Source: an uncultured Planctomycetota bacterium
Lineage (GTDB): Bacteria > Planctomycetota > Planctomycetia > Gemmatales > Gemmataceae
Direction of reading: 5' to 3'
DNA: 64,000 nucleotides
NCBI GenBank assembly: GCA_963849325.1
Contig: CAWKHF010000006.1
Location: forward strand, 736,001-800,000
Notes under the pieces: model-generated
Told to the model about the DNA's origin: nothing
What the model saw: only the letters and a program-made list of their open reading frames with translations
The model's database searches: none
Part shown: positions 30,466 to 43,000 of the stretch, piece by piece
Layout of the letters: each line of letters starts with the position of its first letter
Numbering within the stretch: position 1 is the stretch's first letter
Position numbers and translations under genes: made by a program

Positions 30466-33400
30466 TCACTGCGTGGGCGGATTCGACGCCAGTTTGGACT
30501 TGAGCATAGCCTTGGCCTCGCCATCGGGAATACGCCGCGAATCCGTGACTTCACCATCATCCTGAGGTAAGCCGCGGACCATGAGGTTGACAATGCGACT
30601 GTCATGCTTCCCGTTGTTAAACAGGATGTGCCCAACTTCGTGAGCCAAGGTCTGATATTTCTCGAAATTCGCGCTGATGATGATGCTGTTCGCATACTGG
30701 GCTGGCACGAGCGAAGCCGGGAAGGATTCGCCGAGGCCGTCTTTAATAGGATCACCTTTTCCATCTACAAAATTGTTAACATAATACACCTCGATGACGC
30801 CTTTGGCGTTGGACCGAAGCTGAGCTGCTCCCAGCAGATTTCTTTCTGCCGTCGTCATCGGGATCCCGCCTCCAGAGTCCCAATTGGCACCGAAAACGAA
30901 GTGCGTTAAAATACCCTTGCTGATATTCGCTTTGGCGAGCGGGTCCACGATCTGGGCTGACGCCTTCAATTGAATGCCAGCCTGAGCATAAATCGCGTTC
31001 GCCCATAACAAATCATGTACCACCTGGGTTGCCGAGGCCGCCGGCTTGCCCTTGGCGACACTTAGGATGTTGACGTGCAGCTTGACTACCTTCTGGACCG
31101 GCACGGTGGCCTTGGCCTTCTCCTCTCCATAAGAGGCGCTGACCGCATCGCCGAGCAGGACGTTCAAAGCCCGGCCATCCCCGGCCTGTTTATCGACCGA
31201 GACAGACGTCAGCAGTAGCGATCTGGAACGGAACAGGCCGGTGTTGACACCCGTTTCCGTCAGCGTGATGTCATCGCCGAGGTCGCTGCTAGTATCGACA
31301 TAGACCTGGATCGTATCCTTCTGGCCTCTGTTCTTGTTCGCCATCGGATCCTTCACCTGCACATAAAAGTGATCTGGATCCAGAGAAATGAAATCGCCCC
31401 TCTTCAACTGCATGTTCCTCCCTACTCCCAGGAAAGCGTTCGTCCACTTCCCAACATGGAGCGTGTTCACCGAACTGAGCTGAGGACCGAGACCCTTGTC
31501 GACGTTTGCGAGGAATTGGATGATAGGCTTGCCGTTCGCTTCCTCAGGCTTTCGGGCAGCCGGTTTCTGCACGCGCCAGCCTTGCGAGATCTGCACGGTG
31601 ATGGTGTACCAGCCGTTGGCCGCGTAGGTATGGCTGCCCAGCACCTGGAACAAGCCGCCGCCACCCTGTACCACCCCCGTCGTGTCCAGCGGCGTGCCGT
31701 CGCCCCAATCGATCTGCGCCGTGAATTCACTGGCCGCATCGCTGGCGTCCGGATCGGTGAACGTCGCCACCTGCACATTATTCAAGGTCAGGCTCTTGCT
31801 GATGTCCTGATCGGCCACCGTCAGCGACAGCGGCGGGCGCACCACCGTCACCGGCGTGCTGTACGTCAGCGTATTGTTGTGCTCGCCGCCCTTGACCGTC
31901 ACCGTCACCGCATAGGTTCCGCCCGGCTGATCGAGACTATCGTTTGCATACTTGTGACTGCCCTGCACCGAGAACGAGCCATATCCGCCTGTCACTGTGC
32001 CGGCCGACGTGTTGCCGTCGCCCCAATTGATCGACGCCGTGTAGTCCGACGCCTGCACGTGCGGATCGGGATCGCTGAAACTGGCCACCGTCAGGCTCGA
32101 CGGTAGACCGGCATAAATGTCGCCCACCACCACCGTACTGTCCGCCGTCGTCTTGATCCCATCGGCATTGATCACGGTCACCGTCGCCGTAAACGTGCCC
32201 TGCTGACTGTAGCTGTTGCTGCCGCTGACGCCGAAGACGCCGTCGCCTAGGTCCATGATCGTCGCCGACTGCGGACCATTGCCATCGCCCCAATCGATGG
32301 CCGCCGTGTAATCTCCGACCTGGGCGTTGGGATCGCTAGAAGTGAAGGTGGCCAACGTCAGCGTCGCGGATTGATACTGGATGGCGCCCAACTGGAAGCC
32401 GCCCGTCACGGCCACGGTCGCCGCCTGCACCGTCGCCGTACCGGAAGTGGTGATGGTGGTGCCGTCGGGGCCGGTGATTTGTACTTGGAGGGCATAGTTG
32501 CCCGGCGTGGCGTAGCTGTGATCGCCCGTCACCGTGAAACTGCCAGTGTCGCCGTCAACTATACCCGTGTCAGTCGTACCGTCGCCCCAGTCGATGGTCG
32601 CCGTGAAGTCGCTGGCCTGACTGTTCAGGTCCGGCGTCGTGAATGTCGCCACGGTGATCGAACCGCTGTCGCTGCTGCCCACGATACTGACCGGCGTGGA
32701 CTGGACCGTCAGCGTCGGGGCGTTGACCAGCCAGGTGAACGTCTGGCTGACGGACTGGCCGTTGGAGTCAGCGGCCGTCACGGTCACGGCGTAGGGTGTC
32801 GTGCTGACGGCGTCGTCGGCCACCGTGCCGGAGATGACGCCGCTGGACGGGTCGATGTCCAGGCCATCGGGCAGTCCCGTCGCCGAGTAGGTCAGCGCAT
32901 CGCCATCGGCATCGCTGGCGTTGACCGGCAACGATACGCTGTCGCCGGCCACGTTGGTCTGCGTGCCCGGAGTGCTCATCGTCGGCGGTGTCGTGTCCGT
33001 GTGCGTGATGGTCCAGTTGAATGCCTGGCTGGTGCTATAGGTGCCGTCGCTGGCCGCCACCGTCACGGCGTAGGGACCGCCGCTGGAATCACCGGCCGCG
33101 ATGGTGCCGGAGATCAGTCCCGTCGTGCTATTGATGCTCAACCCCGACGGCAGACCGTCCGCCGTGTAGGTCAGATTGGCGTTCATGCTGTCGCTGGCTG
33201 ACAGGGACAACGAGACGTTATCGCCCTCGCTGTTGCTCTGATCGGAGGGAGCGGTCAACGATACCACCGGATTGACGTTCCAGGTGAAGGTTTGACTGCT
33301 GCTGACCACGCCGTTGCTGACCGCCACGTCCACGGTGAAGGGACCCTCCGCCGCCGCGCCCGCCGCGATCACGCCGCTGATCAGGCCCGTCGTCGCATTG

Positions 33401-35603
33401 AGCGACAGGCCATCGGGCAGTCCGCTGGCGCTGTAGGTCAGCGAACCGCCATTGGACACACCTTGCAGTTGCAACGACACGCTATCGCCTTCCGTATTGG
33501 TCTGGTCCGCCGGCGCCGTCAACGCCACCGGACCTACCGTCCACAAAAACGATTGGCTCGCACTATTGACGCCATCGCCGACCGTCACGGTCACATTGTA
33601 TGGACTATTCGTGTCCGCATTAGACGCAATGGTGCCGGAGATCAGTCCCGTGCTACCGTTGATGCTCAAGCCCGTCGGCAAGCCGCTGGCCGTCCAACTC
33701 ACCGCATCGCCGTCCGCATCGCCGCCCTGCACAGCCAGCGACACCGTCTGACCGTCCGCACTGGCTTGCGAACCCGGATTGACCAGCGACAGGTGCATCA
33801 CCGTCCACGCGAACGACTGACTGACGCCGGCGACGCCATCATCGGCCGTCACCGTGACGTTGTAGGGACTGGAAGTATCCGCTCCTGTCGCGATTGTACC
33901 ACTGATGAGACCCGTGCTGCTATCGATATTCAATCCCGGCGGCAGGCCGCTGGCGCTGTACGTCAGCGTACCGTTGGCGGCGTCGCTGGCCGAAACTTGC
34001 AACGATACCACATCGCCCACGGCGTTCGTGGGATCGATGGGGTCCATCGACAGACGCGGACTGACCGTCCAATTGAAACTCTGGCTCGCCGTATTGGTCC
34101 CATCCGTGGCCGTCACCATCACTTGATACGGACTATTGGTGTCCGCTGTGCTGTCGATAGTGCCGCTGATCTGGCCGCTGCTGGGGTCGATGTTCAATCC
34201 CGGCGGCAGGCCGGTGGCGCTGTAGCTGAGCGTGCCGCTGCCGTGGTAACTCGTGGTCAACGGCAGCGACACCGTGTCGCCATCGAGATTGCTCGGATCG
34301 CCCGGCGATACCAGGTTGATCGCCGACACCGTCCAGGTGAAGGTCTGGCTGCTGCTGGACGTACCATCGGATGCCCTGACCGTCACCGTGTACGGCGTAC
34401 TGCTGGCGGCGTCGGCGGCCACGGTGCCGGAGAGCAGGCCCGTGCTGCTGTTGAGGCTGAGGCCATCGGGAAGGCCGCTGGCGCTGTAGCTCATGGTGCC
34501 GCCCGGCGAAGTCGCCGACAGTTGCAGCGAAACGTTATCGCCGGTGGCGTTGCTCTGGCTGCCGGGATTGACCAAGGCCACGCGCGGCGTCACCGTCCAC
34601 ACGAACGACTGGCTCGACGTGGCGCCGCCGTCCGTGGCCGTCACCGTCACCTGATAGGGACTGCTGCCATATAAGCCGATGCCGACGGTGCCCGAGATCA
34701 AGCCCGTCGCCGCGTTGAGGCTCAGACCGGCCGGCAGTCCCGTCGCGCTGTAAGTGGGCGCGCCGCCGACATCGGTGGCGTTCAGTTGCAGCGACACGGC
34801 CGTACCTTCCTGGCTCTCCTGATCGGCCGGCGCTCAGGGCCAGCTTGGCGATGGTCCAGGTGAACGACTGGCTGGCGCTGGAAGTGCCATCGCTGGCCGT
34901 CACGGTCACGGCATACGGACTATTCGTATCCGCCGTGCCGCTCAGGTTGCCGCTGATGAGTCCGCTGCTGCTGTTGATACTCAGCCCCGGCGGCAGGCCG
35001 GTGGCGCTGTAGGTCAGCGGCAGTCCGCTGGCATCACTGCCCCATAGGGACAGCGACACGGCATCGCCATCGACGTTGCTCTGATCGCCCGGATTGCTCA
35101 GCCCCACGGGGTTGACGGTCCACGAGAACGTCTGACTGCTGCTGGCCTGGCCATCGGAGGCCATGACCGTGACCGTGTACGGCGTGGCACTGGCGGCGGA
35201 GTTAGGTAAGGTGCCGGAGAGGAAGCCGCTGGACGGGTCGATGCTCAGGCCGGGCGGCAGTCCGCTGGCCGTGTAGGTGAGGCTGTCGCCGTCAGCGTCG
35301 TTGGCGGACAGCGACAGCGACACGTCATCGCCGGCGGTGTTGGTCTGATCGCCGGGGTTGCTGAGGATGGGAGCAACATTGGCTGGGCTGATGGTCCAGT
35401 TGAAGTTCTGGCTGACGCTCTGGTTGTTGGACTCGTCGGTAGCGGTGATGGTGACGGCGTAGGGCGTGCCCAAGGTCGAGCTGGGATCGATGGTGCCGGA
35501 GATGAGGCCGCTGTCGCTGTCGATGCTCAGTCCGGGCGGCAGGTTGCTGGCGTCGTAGACCAAGGCGTCGCCGTCGGCCTGCGTAGCATTGACCGGCACG
35601 CTG
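30466..35603 (-). pseudogene. 5'-truncated Ig-repeat cassette (11 He_PIG + 4 WGDG PKD-like repeats) ending in a Zn-metalloprotease domain
   Basis: ORFs 34535-35599 and 30466-34797; TYSATGLPxGLSIxxxTGLISGT repeats; TLAHEVGHILFNNGKH...NLM; no leader; homology to the full-length copy stops abruptly at 35603. Confidence 0.75.
31576..35603. repeat. 4.0-kb direct repeat, copy B (copy A at 38352-42379)
   Basis: Constant offset of 6776 bp at the SQGW boundary, the shared frameshift and the 5' breakpoint. Confidence 0.92.
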
Positions 35604-35708
35604 CCCCGGATTGACAGCCCAGGTAAACGTCTGACTGCTGTCGATGCCGTTGCTGACGGCCGCGTCCACCGTGAATGAACTTCCCGCCGCCGCCTCCGCT
35701 CCCTCAGC

Positions 35709-35875
35709 CTAGGCTCTGTCTGGTAAAGAGCAACGTACGTCGTCGAAAAGCGCCGAAAAGCGCCGAACCCAGCAAAAGACGCTGTTTGAGAGCGCCGAAG
35801 CTTCGGCGCCGACAGCCAGTTGGAAGCCTTTTTGCCGAAAACGGCCTGAAATCGCAGTTACCAGACAGAGCCTAG
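35709..35875. mobile_element. 167-bp MITE-like element with 18-bp perfect terminal inverted repeats
   Basis: ctaggctctgtctggtaa (35709-35726) / ttaccagacagagcctag (35858-35875); CTAG at both ends; internal tandem cgaaaagcgc x2; no transposase. Confidence 0.75.
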
Positions 35876-37038
35876 CGGGGAGTGGAGGGATGACGCGGGG
35901 CTATCGATTCGCGGATGACCGTACCTAGAATTAAGCGAACATGAGGGGTTGTGCATTTGTCCCTCGCCGCCTTGACGATCTTTACCTCTTCCGCACTCAC
36001 TTTGCCCAGGTGTTCGAGCCAGTGGGCCGCGTACGCCCTGGTCTCTTCGTCTACCGATTTTTCGAGCAAGCGGAGGGCGTAGGTAATAATGCGCTGCCGT
36101 TCTCGGATGTGGCGCTTATCGGTCGCGGGATACGCTGAGTACAGTTTATATAACAACCCTTCCGAGAAGTGTTGTCGGACGACCCATTTCTCTATCAACG
36201 GAAGCCAGGTATCCAAATCCAGTTGGTCATTTTCCAGCGCGTAATGGAAACGAGCGATAATCATCTGAAGGTCATGCGTCCTGATAATGTCACCGCTGAC
36301 CCAACGGTCGAAGAGCGCCGCTCGCCGCCGCGAACCCACCCATTTATCCCGGTTGATCTCCCACAGGATCTCATCAATCGTCACCTGCCCGGCGACGGCC
36401 ACCTTGGGATCATCCGCCAACTTCTCCAGGAACGGGATCAAATCGGTGGGTTTCTCCGCCGCCAGAACCTGGATGGACCAAGCGGCAACATAGGGGTTGT
36501 TGCTGAAGACATACTGCCTCAGAAACTTCGGCCGTTCTGCGGGGCGGGCTTTGGAGGCAGTCTCCACGATACAAGCCCATTTCAGGGCGACGGTGTAATC
36601 GATATTATTCGCCGAGCCCCCAAGGATTTTCCGTGCGGGTACGGGGATAGACATATTCCACGGAAGTAAGCCGTCCCCCTCATAAGTGCCGTGATTCGGC
36701 CCGTATATGATCAGTCTGCCGTCATTGGAGATGAGCTGCCAGATACCGACTTCCCCTTCCTTTACGAACGGGTTGAGTTCGTCCTCCAAGTGCATACGCG
36801 AATGTCGTGTAAAGTGTCCTTGAAAGGTCGTGGTCTTCAGCTTCGGGTCGCCGCGGTAGACGTATTCGATCCGAAAGGTCACCTCCTGCCAAGGATCCTG
36901 CCAGTATAGTCGCTTCTCGTACACGACGCGGACGGCCTTGGCTCGGACCAAAACTTCCGGCCAGAATGTCTCTTTGTCTTCTTCTGCCTGGATGGATGCG
37001 GGCAGGATTAGGGCGGACATCAAGCAAGCCGTGAGCAT
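35872..37038 (-). CDS. Secreted hypothetical protein with helical C-half, candidate immunity protein
   Basis: MLTACLMSALILPASIQA signal-like start 50 bp after the large gene's stop; long open frame; more AT-rich. Confidence 0.75.
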   Translation of the reverse strand: MLTACLMSALILPASIQAEEDKETFWPEVLVRAKAVRVVYEKRLYWQDPWQEVTFRIEYVYRGDPKLKTTTFQGHFTRHSRMHLEDELNPFVKEGEVGIWQLISNDGRLIIYGPNHGTYEGDGLLPWNMSIPVPARKILGGSANNIDYTVALKWACIVETASKARPAERPKFLRQYVFSNNPYVAAWSIQVLAAEKPTDLIPFLEKLADDPKVAVAGQVTIDEILWEINRDKWVGSRRRAALFDRWVSGDIIRTHDLQMIIARFHYALENDQLDLDTWLPLIEKWVVRQHFSEGLLYKLYSAYPATDKRHIRERQRIITYALRLLEKSVDEETRAYAAHWLEHLGKVSAEEVKIVKAARDKCTTPHVRLILGTVIRESIAPRHPSTPR

Positions 37039-37088
37039 GGGAGTAACCTCTCTCGCCAAGTAGTGTTCGTCACGGTTTCGCATCGAGA

Positions 37089-40000
37089 TTACTCAAAATT
37101 GTATTGGCGAATTTCCTGATTGCCGTAGGCCCCACTTGTATCCACTTCGTGCGGCGCAGTGCGTGGCTGCCATCCGTCGGGAGCCGTGACTTGCGCATTC
37201 CCATCGTTGCTCCAAGCCAACGACGGGTTGATCTTACCGCTGCCGTTGAAGGCCCAGTTCATAAACGCCTCTGACCAGAAAGTGGAACTCCATGACGGGT
37301 TAACATCGGTGGTGGCCGTGATCTCCGTGAGGAAACTGTACGCTCCCTCAATGTAGGTCAGATAATTCCGTGCCACCTTGGGATCCTTCACCTGCACTGC
37401 TGACAACTGCTGGTAGGTCAACGGCACGTCAACGCTCGGAGTGTCCTGGACGCCTATCGTCTTGGAATTACCCGGAGGGGCCGTCGCATTGGAAAAACCG
37501 TTCGCGTAACCTCCCAGGCTCTGATAGTAGGGCGAGGACGTGTCGTCCCCCAGGTCCAGCATCGTATCCCCCTCCAGCGGGGATTTCAAAACCTTTCCGT
37601 TGTCATAATCGCCCTCCAATTTATTGATCGTCACGTGCTGGATGAAGCCTACACGCACCCAGCTCAAGGCGTTGGCATCGCGAGCGTTCAGAGTCACTGT
37701 CGCAAACCAGTACAAACCCGGCAGTTGGAGGAAAAATCGGCCCGTGGTGATCTGGTTGCCAGCAGCATCACCCGCCTGCCTACTGTTGACAGGAATCACC
37801 TTCGTGCTCGATTTCACCGATTTCATCAGGACATTTTTTTCCGTCGGCGTGAATTCGCCGTTGTCCGCCGGCGTGCCGACGAGGAACGGACTTCCGGCTT
37901 TCGCAAAGGTTACGCTGATCGCCGGCTTCCCATTCACTCGCACCGCTGTGGCCCCCGTGAGCCGCGTCGGCGACGTAACCACGACCTGCACAACGTTGAT
38001 AGTCGTCGCCCCACCCTCCACGTTTTTCCCACCCACTTTCAATTGGACGATCACCGTGGCAGGCTGGTTCTTGAAGACTAGGTTGACGGACGCCGTGCTG
38101 AGAACTCCATTGATATACGTCAAGCGCAGGGGGCCGGGTATCGCCACGTTCGTCGCCCCTCCCCCGGGCGTCGTGAACTGCAATGTTACATTTGGCTTGT
38201 CGCCCTCCTTGAAGTTGAAGCTCTCCAGCCCGCTCCATACGTACTTGTACTCCGAGTTGCCGGGGACAACGGACTTGCCGTCGATCGCAGCGCCACCAGG
38301 GTTCACGGCTAGTCCCATCCCAGCGCCCATCGCTGCCAGCAAGGTCGTGGACCATCCCTGGGACACTTCCACTTCGATGCGATACTCCCCCGCCGTCTGA
38401 TAGGTGTGGCTCCCCAGGACGCGGAACATACCGCCCGAACCCACGACCGTCGCACTCGTGTCCGGGGGCGTGCCGTCGCCCCAATCGATCATCGCATGGA
38501 ACTCGACGGACGTGTCACTGACATCCGGCTCCGTGAAGCTCGCCACCTCCATATTGCTGAAGGCCTCGCCCGGCTTCGCCTCCACCGAACCCACCACCAG
38601 CGACAACGGTGGACGCACCACCGTCACCTGCGTGCCGTACGTCAGCGTATCATTCTGCTCGCCGCCCCTGACCGTCACCGTCACCGAATAGACCCCGCCT
38701 GGCTGATCGATGCTGTCCATCGCATACTGGTGGCTGCCCTGCACGTAAAACGAACCATAGCCGCCCGCCACCGTGCCCTGGCTGGTGTTGCCGTCTCCCC
38801 AGTTGATCGAGGCCGTGAAGTCCGACGCCTGTACGTCCGGGTCCGGATCGCTGAAACTCGCCACCGTCAGGCTCGATGGCAGACCGGCATAGATATCGCC
38901 GACTACCACCGTACTCGCCGCCGACGCCTTCGACCCATCGGCATCCGTGACCGACACCGTCACCGCATACGTCCCCTTCAGGTTGTAGCTGTACGTGCCA
39001 CTGACGCCGAACAGACCATCCCCCAGGTCCGTGACCGTCGCCGGCATCGGGCCGCTGCCGTCGCCCCAATCGATCGCCGCCGTAAAGTCCGACGCCGTCG
39101 CATTCGGATTGCCGTCGGTGAACGTCGCCAGCGTCAAGGTCGCCGACTGCTGCTGGATGGCCCCCAACTCAAATCCGCCCGTCATCGACAATGGCGCGTC
39201 CGTCACCGTCGCCGTGCCGGCGGCCGTGGTGTTGTTGCCAATGCTATCGGTGAGGACCACACTCACCGGGTACTGGCCCGCCTCGGCATAGGTGTGATCG
39301 TCCGTCACCGTGAAACTGCCGTTGCCGCCGCTGACCGTTCCTGTATCCGTCGTGCCGTCGCCCCAGTCCACCGTGGCCGTGAAATCGCCGGCTTGGCTGC
39401 TCATGTCCGGGGTCGTGAACGTGGCCACGGTGATCGGGCCCGTGTCGTTGCCCTCCACGGCACTGATGGGTGTCGCCTGAGCGGTGATCGACGGGTCGTT
39501 GACGAGCCAATCGAGGGTTTGGCTGACGGACTGACCATTGCCATCACTGGCTGTCACCGTCACCACATAGGGTGTCGTACGCGCCGCATCGTTGGCGACG
39601 GTCCCCGAAATCTGGCCTGTGAACGGATCGATGTTCAGGCCATCGCGTAGTCCCGCCGCCGAATAGATCAAAGCATCGCCGTCCGGGTCGCTGGCCGTGA
39701 CGGCCAACGGCACGTTATCGCCTGCCACGTTGGTCTGTGTGCCCGGATTGGTCATGGTCAACGCCGTCGTATCAGTGTGGGTGACGGTCCAATTGAACGT
39801 CTGACTCGTGCTGTAGGCGCCGTCGCTGGCCGTCACCGTCACGACGTAGGGGTCGCCGCTGGAAGCGCCGGCCGCGATGGTGCCCGAGATCAAGCCCGTT
39901 GTGCTGTTGATGCTCAACCCCGACGGTAGACCATCCGCGCTGTAGGTCAGCGGCGCATCGAGCGCATCGCTGGCCGACACCTGCAACGAGACGTTGTCGC

Positions 40001-43000
40001 CCTCGTTGTTGTTCTGGTCCGCCGGGGCCGTCAGCGACACCACCGGATTGACGGTCCAAGTGAACTGCTGACTGGTGCTGACCGTACCGTTGCTGACCGC
40101 CACCGTCGTCGTGTACGGACCATCTGCCGCCGCGCCTGTCGCGATGACGCCGCTGATGAGGCCCGTCGTCGGATTGAGCGACAGACCATCCGGCAAGCCG
40201 CTGGCGCTGTAAGCCAGCGAATCGCTATCAGACACGCCTTGCAACTGCAATGACACGCTGTCGCCTTCCGTATTGGTCTGATCGGCCGGCACCGCCAACG
40301 CCACCGGACCCACCGTCCACAGGAACGTCTGGCTCGCGCTGTTGACGCTGTCGCTGACCGTCACCGTTACATTATAGGGACTATTCGTGTCCGCATTGGA
40401 AGCAATGGTGCCGGAGATCAGACCCGTGCTGCCGTTGATGCTCAAACCCGTCGGCAAACCCGTCGCCATCCACGTCACCGCATCGCCATCGGCATCGCCG
40501 CCCTGCACAGCCAGCGATACCGCCTGACCGTCCGCACTCGCTTGCGGCCCCGGATTGACCAGCGACAAGTGCGTCACTACCCAGGCGAACGACTGACTGA
40601 CGCTGGCGACGCCATCGCTGGTCGTCACCGTCACGTTGTAGGGACTGCTGGCATCCGCTCCCACAGCGATTGTACCACTAATCAGGCCCGTACTGCTATC
40701 GATAGTCAGACCCGGCGGCAGGCCGTAGGCGCTGTACGTCAGCGTACCGTTGGCGGCGTCGCTGGCCGAAACTGGCAACGACACCGCATCACCCACGGCG
40801 TTGCTCGGGTCGATGGGGTCCAGCGACAGACGCGGACTGACCGTCCAGTTGAACGTCTGACTGGCACTATCGGTCTCATCCGAAGCCGTCACCGTCACCT
40901 GATAGGGACTATTCGTATCCGCCGTGTTGTCGATGTTGCCGCTGATCTGGCCGCTGCTGGGGTCGATGTTCAATCCCGGCGGCAGGCCGGTGGCGCTGTA
41001 GCTGAGCGTGCCGCTGCCGTGGTAACTCGTGGTCAACGGCAGCGACACCGTGTCGCCATCGAGATTGCTCGGATCGCCCGGCGATACCAGGTTGATCGCC
41101 GACACCGTCCAGGTGAAGGTCTGGCTGCTGCTGGACGTACCATCGGATGCCCTGACCGTCACCGTGTACGGCGTACTGGTGGCGGCGTCGGCGGCCACGG
41201 TGCCGGAGAGCAGGCCCGTGCTGCTGTTGAGGCTGAGGCCATCGGGAAGGCCGCTGGCGCTGTAGCTCATGGTGCCGCCCGGCGAAGTCGCCGACAGTTG
41301 CAGCGAAACGTTATCGCCGGTGGCGTTGCTCTGGCTGCCGGGATTGACCAAGGCCACGCGCGGCGTCACCGTCCACACGAACGACTGGCTCGACGTGGCG
41401 CCGCCGTCCGTGGCCGTCACCGTCACCTGATAGGGACTGCTGCCATAGGAGCCGATGCCGACGGTGCCCGAGATCAAGCCCGTCGCCGCGTTGAGGCTCA
41501 GACCGGCCGGCAGTCCCGTCGCGCTGTACGTGGGCGTGCCGCCGACATCGGTGGCGTTCAGTTGCAGCGACACGGCCGTACCTTCCTGGCTCTCCTGATC
41601 GGCCGGCGCTCAGGGCCAGCTTGGCGATGGTCCAGGTGAACGACTGGCTGGCGCTGGAAGTGCCATCGCTGGCCGTCACGGTCACGGCATACGGACTATT
41701 CGTATCCGCCGTGCCGCTCAGGTTGCCGCTGATGAGTCCGCTGCTGCTGTTGATACTCAGCCCCGGCGGCAGGCCGGTGGCGCTGTAGGTCAGCGGCAGT
41801 CCGCTGGCATCACTGCCCCATAGGGACAGCGACACGGCATCGCCATCGACGTTGCTCTGATCGCCCGGATTGCTCAGCCCCACGGAGTTGACGGTCCACG
41901 AGAACGTCTGACTGCTGCTGGCCTGGCCATCGGAGGCCATGACCGTGACCGTGTACGGCGTGGCACTGGCGGCGGAGTTAGGTAAGGTGCCGGAGAGGAA
42001 GCCGCTGGACGGGTCGATGCTCAGGCCGGGCGGCAGTCCGTTGGCCGTGTAGGTGAGGTTATCGCTGTCAGCGTCGTTGGCGGACAGCGACAGCGACACG
42101 TCATCGCCGGCGGTGTTGGTCTGATCGCCGGGGTTGCTGAGGATGGGAGCGACGTTGGCCGGGCTGATGGTCCAGTTGAAGTTCTGACTGACGCTCTGGT
42201 TGTTGGACTCATCGGTAGCGGTGACGGTGACGGCGTAGGGCGTGCCCAGCGCCGAACTGGGATCGACGGTGCCGGAGATGAGACCGCTGTCGCTGTCGAT
42301 GCTCAGTCCGGGCGGCAGGTTGCTGGCGTCGTAGACCAGCGCGTCGCCGTCGGTCTGCGTGGCATTGACCGGCACGCTGACGTTGTCGCCACGGAGGTTG
42401 GTTTGATCGCCGGGGTTGGTCAAGACGGGAGCGGCGTTGGCGGAGTTGATGGTCCAGTTGAAGGAAGTCGTGGTGCTGCCGCCCTGGCCGTTGGCGATGG
42501 TGATGGTCGGGTTGTAGCTGCCGTCGAAGTCGGCAGAGGCGTCGTTGGCGATGGTGCCGGAGATCAGTCCGGTGCTGCTGTTGATGCTCAGTCCGAGCGG
42601 CAGACCGATGGCGTCGAAGGTGAGCGGATCGTTGTTGGGGTCGCTGGCCTGGATTTGCAGCGAGACGCTGTCGCCCTCGGTGCTGGTTTGAGAGCCGGGG
42701 CTGCTGGTGACGGAGGGCGACGCGACAGGCGTCTGCGTCCAGGTGGGGGTTGGTCCTTGCCAGGTGGGCGGGGCGTCGTCTTCCTTGATGGCGACCGTGG
42801 TGGTGTTGGGGTCGCCCAGGGTGGCGTTGCTGGGGTTGCTGAGGGACAGGGTGAACGACTGGATGTCGGCTTCGCCCTTGCCGTCGTCATCGAGAAGGGG
42901 GATGTTGATGTCCTGTACGGTCGTGCCGGGATCGAAGGTCAAGGTGCCGCTGACCGGCTGGTAATCGGTGCCGGCGAGGGCCGAGCCGTCGTTGCTGGCA

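Noticed and set aside
31576-42379. The 4-kb duplication as an assembly artefact
   Set aside because: The copies differ by many substitutions, increasingly towards the 3' end, and have different tips and flanks.
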